From an uncultured Chloroflexia bacterium (GTDB lineage: Bacteria > Chloroflexota > Limnocylindria > Limnocylindrales > CSP1-4), in NCBI GenBank assembly GCA_963766735.1, contig CAVYBU010000006.1:88929-152928 (forward strand): a stretch of DNA of 64,000 nucleotides, written 5' to 3'. Shown one piece after another: positions 57,871 to 64,000 of this stretch; positions within the stretch are counted from its first letter, which is position 1; each line of letters begins with the position of its first letter. A program made the position numbers and the translations under genes. The notes under the pieces were generated by a model. It was not told the DNA's origin. It searched no databases and saw nothing but the letters and a program-made list of their open reading frames with translations.

Positions 57871-58677
57871 TTGACCGATCCCAGCAGCCGGCCAAGCCGT
57901 CGCGATCACAGCACCAGCCCAACCGGCACCTCACGCGCCGGTCGCCGCCAGACGGATCGCCGCAGGCATCACGAGGTGTCCACGCTCGAGCGGCTGCGCA
58001 CGCCGGTGCTGGCGCTCGTGGTCATTGCCGCCCTCGTGGGCATCGGTCTCTTCGTGTTCACCTCCGCGACGTCGCCCGCCTACGCGTGCTCGAGCATCGA
58101 CACGATCCAGGCGCCCGCCGAGGGCGAGCTGGGCCAGGTCCAGCCGGACCAGGGCAGCGCCCATGTCCAGGTCGGCGACCGGATCACATACCCCGTCTGT
58201 CCGCCCGCCTCGGGCAAGCACGTCAACCGCGAAGGCTTCGGGCCGCTGGCGCCCAAGATCTTCGGACCGGACGACCGGAGCGCTCCCGACGGCTGGGTCC
58301 ACAACCTGGAGCATGGCGCGCTCGTGCTGCTCTACTCGTGCGAGAAGGGTGCCTGCGACGAGGCATCCCTCGAGGCGCTCAAGGGCTTCAGCGCCGGGTT
58401 CCCCGACAGCCCGGTCTGCGGCCTCCCTGCCGGAACGGTCGGTCCGGTCGTCGCGCGGTTCGAGGAGATGCCGGCGAAGTACGCGGCGCTCGTCTGGGAC
58501 CGCGTCCTGTACCTCGACACGCTGGACGCCGCCGCGGCGTACGACTTCTTCCTGCGCTACGCCGAGCGCGTCGCCGATGATGGGACGTGGCTCGCTCCGC
58601 CCGAGCAGCAGTGCCCCACGCCGACATCCACGCCGGTCCCCTCGGCGGATGCCAGTCCCAGCCCGTCCGGCGGCTGA
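57871..58677 (+). CDS. DUF3105-domain protein, membrane-anchored, with a Pro/Thr/Ser-rich tail
   Basis: TM helix VLALVVIAALVGIGLFVF, then a Cys/His-containing domain (YPVCPPASGKH...HNLEHGALVLLYSC). Confidence 0.65.
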   Translation: MTDPSSRPSRRDHSTSPTGTSRAGRRQTDRRRHHEVSTLERLRTPVLALVVIAALVGIGLFVFTSATSPAYACSSIDTIQAPAEGELGQVQPDQGSAHVQVGDRITYPVCPPASGKHVNREGFGPLAPKIFGPDDRSAPDGWVHNLEHGALVLLYSCEKGACDEASLEALKGFSAGFPDSPVCGLPAGTVGPVVARFEEMPAKYAALVWDRVLYLDTLDAAAAYDFFLRYAERVADDGTWLAPPEQQCPTPTSTPVPSADASPSPSGG

Positions 58678-58687
58678 AAGGAGACCC

Positions 58688-59671
58688 ATGCGGCTGTACG
58701 CCTACGAGGACCGGTACGGGGACGAGCGTTTTGGCGTCCTGGTGCTGGGCCGCCTGCTGACCGGAGCGCAGCTCGAGAAGCGAGGGGGACTCGACCCCGC
58801 GGTGGACACCCACCTGGGCATCGGCTTCCAGCTCTCGTTCCAGGACGGCTGGCTGCAGGAGGTCGCCCGCGCCGCGCGGCGCGCGCTCAAGCGCGGTGCC
58901 CCGCTGCTTGACCCCGGGGCGCGACGACCAAGTGCGGCGATCAGCGCGGCGAGCCTCGGCGAGAAGATCGTGTGCGTCGGCCTCAACTACGCCGACCACG
59001 CCGCAGAGGGCGGACGCGCCACGCCGGATCGTCCGATGCTGTTCGCGAAGTTCGCGAACGCGATCGTTGGGGACGGCGAGGCCATCGTCCGGCCGCCCGG
59101 CACCCGCGCCCTGGACCTCGAGGTGGAGCTGGGGGTGGTGATCGGCCGGTCAGCCCGACGCGTGACCCCGGACGAGGCGCAGGATCGCGTCGCCGGCTAC
59201 GTGGTCGTCAACGACGTCAGCGCCCGGGACTGGCAGGGCAACCCGGGGGCGTTGCGCGAGGGAGAGAAGGGCGACGGCCAGTGGCTGCGGGCCAAGGGCA
59301 GTGACACCTTCCTTCCGGTCGGGCCGGTGTTCGTCACGGCGGACGAGGCGGACCCGGCGGCCGGGATGGCGCTCCGCAGCTGGCGGATCCCGGGGGACGG
59401 CCCCAGCGCAGGCATCCCGGTCCCGATGCAGGACGGCAACACGGCCGACATGCTGTTCACCGTCCCGCAGCTCGTCAGCTTCATCTCGCAACAGGTCACG
59501 CTCCGGCCGGGTGACCTCATCGCCACCGGCACGCCCTCGGGCGTCGGCGTGTTCCGCGACCCGCCCGTGTTCCTGCAGCCCGGCGATCGCGTCCGGTGCG
59601 AGATCGAGGGCATCGGCGCCGTGGAGAACCCGGTCGTCGACTGGACCGACGACACGCGCCAGGACATCTGA
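58688..59671 (+). CDS. Fumarylacetoacetate hydrolase (FAH) family protein
   Basis: [13 protein letters not shown]...EVELGVVIG...GTPSGVG signature; AAAGGAG RBS. Confidence 0.85.
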   Translation: MRLYAYEDRYGDERFGVLVLGRLLTGAQLEKRGGLDPAVDTHLGIGFQLSFQDGWLQEVARAARRALKRGAPLLDPGARRPSAAISAASLGEKIVCVGLNYADHAAEGGRATPDRPMLFAKFANAIVGDGEAIVRPPGTRALDLEVELGVVIGRSARRVTPDEAQDRVAGYVVVNDVSARDWQGNPGALREGEKGDGQWLRAKGSDTFLPVGPVFVTADEADPAAGMALRSWRIPGDGPSAGIPVPMQDGNTADMLFTVPQLVSFISQQVTLRPGDLIATGTPSGVGVFRDPPVFLQPGDRVRCEIEGIGAVENPVVDWTDDTRQDI

Positions 59672-59711
59672 CCACGCCACGGCCGGCGAGGCCGGGAAGG
59701 AGGAAGGGTCC

Positions 59712-60740
59712 ATGCTCGCGCTCGTGAAGACCGCGCCCGGCCCGGGGCTCAGCCTCCTGACGGTCCCCGACCCCGTGGTGGGCATCAACGACGTCCTCAT
59801 CCGGGTCCGCCGGACCGGGATCTGCGGGACGGACCTCCACATCGAGTCCTGGGACCCGTGGGCCGCCAGGACGATCAAGCCCCCGCTGATCGTCGGCCAC
59901 GAGTTCGTGGGCGAGATCGTCGAGGTCGGCTCCAACGTCGCGGACTACTCGCCGGGCGACATCGTGAGCGGCGAGGGGCACGTGACGTGCGGTCGCTGCC
60001 GCCACTGCCTGGCCGGCCGCCGGCACCTGTGCGCCAACACCGTCGGCCTGGGCGTCGGGCGGGACGGTGCCTTCGCCGAGTACGTGGTGCTGCCCATGGC
60101 CAACATCTGGCGCCACTGGCCGGGGATCGACGAGGAGGTCGCCTCGATCTTCGACCCGTTCGGCAACGCCGTGCACACGGCCCTGGCGTTCCCGGTGCTG
60201 GGCGAGGACGTCCTGATCACGGGCGCCGGCCCGATCGGGCTCATGGCCACGGCGGTCGTCCGCCACGCCGGCGCCCGCTTCGTCGTGGTGTCGGAGCCCA
60301 ACCCGGTCCGCCGGGAGCTTGCGATGCGCATGGGCGCCACGGTGGCCGTGGACCCGCTGGAGCAGGACCTCGGCGACGTCCAGCGGGACCTGGGGATGGT
60401 CGAGGGCTTCGACGTGGCCCTGGAGATGTCCGGCAACCCCGCGGCCATCCGGAGCGCGATGGACAACATGGCCCACGGCGGCTCGATCGCCATCCTGGGC
60501 ATTCCCACCCAGGACATCAGCATCGACGTCAACGAGATCGTGTTCAAGCTTCTGACCATCCGGGGCATCTACGGCCGGGAGATGTACGAGACCTGGTACA
60601 AGATGACGGTGATGCTCCAGTCCGGACTGGACATTCGGCCCGCGATCACGCACCGCTTCCCGTTCCGGGAGTTCGAGGCGGCCTTCGCGACCGCCCGCTC
60701 CGGCGACTCGGGCAAGGTCATCCTGGACTGGACCGCGTGA
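59712..60740 (+). CDS. tdh: L-threonine 3-dehydrogenase
   Basis: Zn-ADH fold ([27 protein letters not shown]) and high similarity to Tdh; GGAGG RBS. Confidence 0.9.
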   Translation: MLALVKTAPGPGLSLLTVPDPVVGINDVLIRVRRTGICGTDLHIESWDPWAARTIKPPLIVGHEFVGEIVEVGSNVADYSPGDIVSGEGHVTCGRCRHCLAGRRHLCANTVGLGVGRDGAFAEYVVLPMANIWRHWPGIDEEVASIFDPFGNAVHTALAFPVLGEDVLITGAGPIGLMATAVVRHAGARFVVVSEPNPVRRELAMRMGATVAVDPLEQDLGDVQRDLGMVEGFDVALEMSGNPAAIRSAMDNMAHGGSIAILGIPTQDISIDVNEIVFKLLTIRGIYGREMYETWYKMTVMLQSGLDIRPAITHRFPFREFEAAFATARSGDSGKVILDWTA

Positions 60741-60753
60741 GCGGCACGGAGGA

Positions 60754-61986
60754 ATGACGATGGGCAGCGCATCCCGCCCCAACCCGCTCGGGTTCCTGGA
60801 CGAGGACCTGGCCGCCATGCGGGAGCGGCACCTGTACCGGCCATTGCGGATCATGTCGTCCGCGCAGGGCCCGATCGTCTCCCTCGACGACCGCCGGGTC
60901 ATCAGCCTCTCATCCAACGACTACCTGGGCCTCACGCACCACCCGCGCATGAAGAAGGCGGCCATCGAGGCCGTCGAGCGGTACGGGGCGGGGTCGGGGG
61001 CCGTGCGCACGATCGCGGGAACGATGACCCTCCACGAGGCCCTGGAGGCGGATCTCGCCGTGTTCAAGCACACCGAGGCCGTCCTGACCTTCCAGTCCGG
61101 CTTCACGACCAACACGGGCGTCATCCCCACGATCACCGGTGAGACGGACCTGATCGTCTCCGACGAGCTCAACCACGCCAGCATCATCGACGGCATGCGC
61201 CTGTCGAAGGCGCCGCGCAGGATCTTCCCGCACGCGGACGTGGACTCGCTGCGCGAGGTGCTGCGCGAGGCCCGGGCGAAGGGCCGTGACGGCGGCGGCA
61301 GCCCCCACCGCCTGATCCTCGTGGTGACCGACGGCGTGTTCAGCATGGACGGCGACATCGCGCCGCTGCCCGGCATCGTGGAGGCAGCCGAGGCATATGG
61401 CGCGGCGGTCATGGTCGATGACGCCCACGCATCCGGCGTCCTGGGCAGGGACGGGCGCGGTACGGTCAGCCACTTCGGCCTCGAGGGACGGGTGGCAATC
61501 CAGGTCGGCACGATGTCCAAGGCGGTGGGCGTCCTGGGCGGGTACGTGGCGGGGTCGCAGGCCCTGCGCGACGTCCTCGTCCAGCGCGCGCGGCCGTTCC
61601 TGTTCTCCAACAGCCACCCGCCCGCCGTCGCCGCGGCCTGCCGGGAGGCCATCGCGATCATGCAGGAGGAGCCGGAGCTGATCGAGCGGCTGTGGACCAA
61701 CACCCGCCGGTTCAAGGCGGAGCTGGCACGCCTGGGCTTCGACATCGGCCGCAGCGAGACCCCGATCACGCCGGTGATGCTGGGCGACAGCGAGACCGCG
61801 ATCCGGTTCTCGGACCGCCTGTTCGCGGAGGGTGTGTTCGGGACGAGCGTGGTGTTCCCAACGGTGGCCCTGGACCGCGCCCGGATCCGGACGATCGTCA
61901 CGGCCGCGCACACCGACGACATGCTGGACGAGGCCGTTGCGGCGTTCGATCGGGTCGGCCGCGAACTGGGCGTGATCGCAGGGTGA
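60754..61986 (+). CDS. kbl: 2-amino-3-ketobutyrate CoA ligase (glycine C-acetyltransferase)
   Basis: PLP-dependent class II aminotransferase motifs (SNDYLGL, FQSGFTTN, DDAHASG, GTMSKA). Confidence 0.9.
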   Translation: MTMGSASRPNPLGFLDEDLAAMRERHLYRPLRIMSSAQGPIVSLDDRRVISLSSNDYLGLTHHPRMKKAAIEAVERYGAGSGAVRTIAGTMTLHEALEADLAVFKHTEAVLTFQSGFTTNTGVIPTITGETDLIVSDELNHASIIDGMRLSKAPRRIFPHADVDSLREVLREARAKGRDGGGSPHRLILVVTDGVFSMDGDIAPLPGIVEAAEAYGAAVMVDDAHASGVLGRDGRGTVSHFGLEGRVAIQVGTMSKAVGVLGGYVAGSQALRDVLVQRARPFLFSNSHPPAVAAACREAIAIMQEEPELIERLWTNTRRFKAELARLGFDIGRSETPITPVMLGDSETAIRFSDRLFAEGVFGTSVVFPTVALDRARIRTIVTAAHTDDMLDEAVAAFDRVGRELGVIAG

Positions 61987-62927
61987 CCCACCACCGCCAG
62001 GGGTTGCCGGACGCCGCGGACACGCGGCCGCGCGCGGAGGTCGAGCGCGACGTGTGGAGGGCGGGCGTGGCCGCGGGCCTGGGTGGGTCGCGGGACCTGC
62101 CGCTCGACTCGCATCTCCATACCGTCCGGTCCCCGGACGCCAACGCGATGCTTGACGCGTACTGTGCGCTGGCCCTGGAGCGCGGCATCCCGGAGCTGGC
62201 GATCACGGATCACGTCGACTTCGACCCCACGATGCCGGCGTACGGGTTCTCGTCCTTCGCCGACCGCGAACGGGACGTGCGTGAGGCGGCCACGCGCTGG
62301 GCTGACAGGGGCCTTGCGATCCGGTTCGGCGTCGAGGTCACGTACGAACGCCGTCTGGAGCACGACATCCGGGGCTGGCTCGCCCGCCACCCGCACGACT
62401 ACGTGATCGGCAGCGTCCACATCAGCGAGGTGTCACCGTACAAGGCCTCGAACGTGCGCGCGTTCGTCGCCGGTCGCTCGCTGGGAGACATCGTGGCGCC
62501 GTACTTCGACGAGGTGATCGGCGCGGCGCGATCGGGCCTGTTCGACACGATCGGCCACCTGGACTTCGTCAAGCGGTACCTGGTCCCGCACGTCATGCCG
62601 GCAGACCTCGCCCTGGCGCCCGAGCTGTACGAGCCCGTCCTGGCTGCCCTGGTCGAGACCGGCACCGCCCTCGAGGTCAACGCCTCGGGGCTGCGACAGC
62701 TGCCGCGGGAGACGTACCCGGCAGCGCCGATCGTGGCTCGCTACCGGGAGATGGGCGGGCGGCACGTGACTATCGGCTCGGATGCCCACCGAACGGAGTG
62801 GTTCGCCTACGGCCTGGCCCAGGCGTATCGTCAGGCTGCGAGCGCCGGGTTCGAGGCTCTCGCGTTCAGGCGCGGCGGTGAGCGCGTGGCGGTCGCGAAC
62901 CCCGCATACGGAACTCCACCTACCTGA
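61983..62927 (+). CDS. PHP-family histidinol-phosphatase-like protein
   Basis: DSHLHT...ITDHVDF...GSVH...GHLD...IGSDAHR metal-binding motifs. The start is uncertain: GTG at 61983 overlapping the kbl stop, or GTG near 62052. Confidence 0.7.
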   Translation: MTHHRQGLPDAADTRPRAEVERDVWRAGVAAGLGGSRDLPLDSHLHTVRSPDANAMLDAYCALALERGIPELAITDHVDFDPTMPAYGFSSFADRERDVREAATRWADRGLAIRFGVEVTYERRLEHDIRGWLARHPHDYVIGSVHISEVSPYKASNVRAFVAGRSLGDIVAPYFDEVIGAARSGLFDTIGHLDFVKRYLVPHVMPADLALAPELYEPVLAALVETGTALEVNASGLRQLPRETYPAAPIVARYREMGGRHVTIGSDAHRTEWFAYGLAQAYRQAASAGFEALAFRRGGERVAVANPAYGTPPT

Positions 62928-62958
62928 GCCGCCCTAACACCGGGGAGCACGGATCGTT

Positions 62959-63546
62959 ATGACGATCGACGACGAGGCGGTCGAACGCCTCGTGGTTGCG
63001 GCGAAGGACGGTGATCCCGAGGCATTCGGGTCGCTCTTCGACCACTTCCACGGGCCGGTCTACCGTTACGTCGCCGCCCGCGTCGGCCGCCCGAGCGACG
63101 CGGAGGACCTGGCGCAGCTTGTCTTCGTCAAGGCCCTGGAGGCGCTGCCGCGGTACGAATCGCGGGGCGTCCCCTTCGGGGGCTGGCTGTTCCGGCTGGC
63201 CAGGAATGTCGTCATCGACCATGTCCGGACGCGTCGCGAGCACGCGACGCTCGATCTCATCGTGGAGTGCTCCGGCAACGATGAGGGACCAGACGATCTG
63301 GCGGTGCTCCGCCAGGAAATGGACTGCGTCGCGAGGGCACTGCGAAGGCTGACGCCGGAGCAGCGCGAGGCGATCGAGCTGAGGTTCTTCGCGGGACTCT
63401 CCGCGAGGGAGGCGGCCGATGCCATGGGCCGGCAGGAGGGCACCGTTCGGGGCCTCCAGTTCCGGGCCATCGCGGCGCTCCGCCGGGAGCTGGGCGTGGA
63501 GCCCGACTCGGACGAGCTGGGCCGGGTCGCCGGGACGACCCGGTGA
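62959..63546 (+). CDS. ECF-subfamily RNA polymerase sigma factor
   Basis: Region 2 (FGSLFDHFHGPVYRYVAARV...DAEDLAQLVFVKA) and region 4 (REAIELRFFAGLSAREAADAMG...GTVRGLQFRAIAALR). Confidence 0.85.
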   Translation: MTIDDEAVERLVVAAKDGDPEAFGSLFDHFHGPVYRYVAARVGRPSDAEDLAQLVFVKALEALPRYESRGVPFGGWLFRLARNVVIDHVRTRREHATLDLIVECSGNDEGPDDLAVLRQEMDCVARALRRLTPEQREAIELRFFAGLSAREAADAMGRQEGTVRGLQFRAIAALRRELGVEPDSDELGRVAGTTR

Positions 63547-64000
63547 ACGAGGACGAGATGCAGGCACTTGAGCCGCAGGCGGGCGAGACGCTCGAGCGGA
63601 TGCTGGCGCGGTACGCGCGGGTGAGGCTGGACCCCACCCCCGCCGCGGCTCGGCGCGCCCGCGCGGCCGTGATGGAGGAGGCCTGGCGCCGCCGGTTCGA
63701 GCTGCCGTCCGGAGCCGGGGCCGATCCGTCCGGATCTCGGGCTGCGTCCGCCGTGATCGCCCCGGTCGCCAGAGCCCGCCGTTGGCCGTTCGCCGGCTGG
63801 GGCGCGCGCCGAGTCTCGAGCGCCGTCTCCGCCGCCGTCCTCGCGGGCATGCTCCTGGGAACGACAGCCTTTGCGACGTCGCGGGCCGGCGGCCCCCTCT
63901 ACGAGACACGGCTGGCCGTCGAGGAGCTCACGCTGCCCTCGGACCCCGCCTCGCACGTCGAGGCGGAGATCGCCATGGCGCAGGCGCGCATCGCCGAGAT
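63543..64000 (+). CDS. Putative anti-sigma factor (partial; continues beyond the window)
   Basis: GTG start overlapping the sigma-factor stop (GTGA); a single TM helix (SAAVLAGMLLGTTAFA) follows a cytoplasmic N-terminus. Confidence 0.45.
   Translation, partial: MNEDEMQALEPQAGETLERMLARYARVRLDPTPAAARRARAAVMEEAWRRRFELPSGAGADPSGSRAASAVIAPVARARRWPFAGWGARRVSSAVSAAVLAGMLLGTTAFATSRAGGPLYETRLAVEELTLPSDPASHVEAEIAMAQARIAE

Overview
High-GC (about 70%) actinobacterial-type chromosomal segment carrying about 60 protein genes on both strands and one tRNA-Glu. I saw no transposase, integrase, phage genes or CRISPR array. Most long antisense ORFs in the six-frame track are Arg/Pro/Gly-rich artefacts that mirror the real genes.

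Recognisable content:
- A five-gene minus-strand cluster (1-4316) with three DUF1269-type proteins, a TMEM175-like channel and a PAP2 phosphatase.
- A tandem-duplicated AI-2E transporter.
- Two PMCA-like P-type ATPases, one preceded by a tandem universal stress protein and a possible 52-aa transmembrane peptide.
- A frameshifted radical-SAM/SPASM anaerobic sulfatase-maturating enzyme.
- A SulP/STAS anion transporter carrying a transmembrane helix and two PASTA domains at its C-terminus, followed by an ABC1/UbiB kinase with a holin-like membrane domain and a DUF2461 protein.
- A frameshifted pentapeptide-repeat protein.
- An ornithine cyclodeaminase and an MFS exporter.
- A stand-alone LigD-polymerase-domain protein and an ATP-dependent DNA ligase separated by a Gly-rich M48 protease.
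- An OmpR/histidine-kinase/HtrA envelope-stress module.
- folC-folP-folB.
- A PknB-like Ser/Thr kinase with PASTA domains.
- galU.
- A GH13 glycosidase.
- A fumarylacetoacetate-hydrolase/tdh/kbl threonine-catabolism operon.
- An ECF sigma/anti-sigma pair.

The most unusual items:
- the SulP-PASTA fusion;
- the DUF1269/acidic-repeat cluster, with a DUF1269-arylsulfatase read-through at the window start;
- the small peptide coupled to the second ATPase;
- a paralogous pair of uncharacterised roughly 345-aa membrane proteins;
- two homopolymer-type frameshifts.

All calls rest on reading the translated ORFs and the DNA by eye; no database search was possible.
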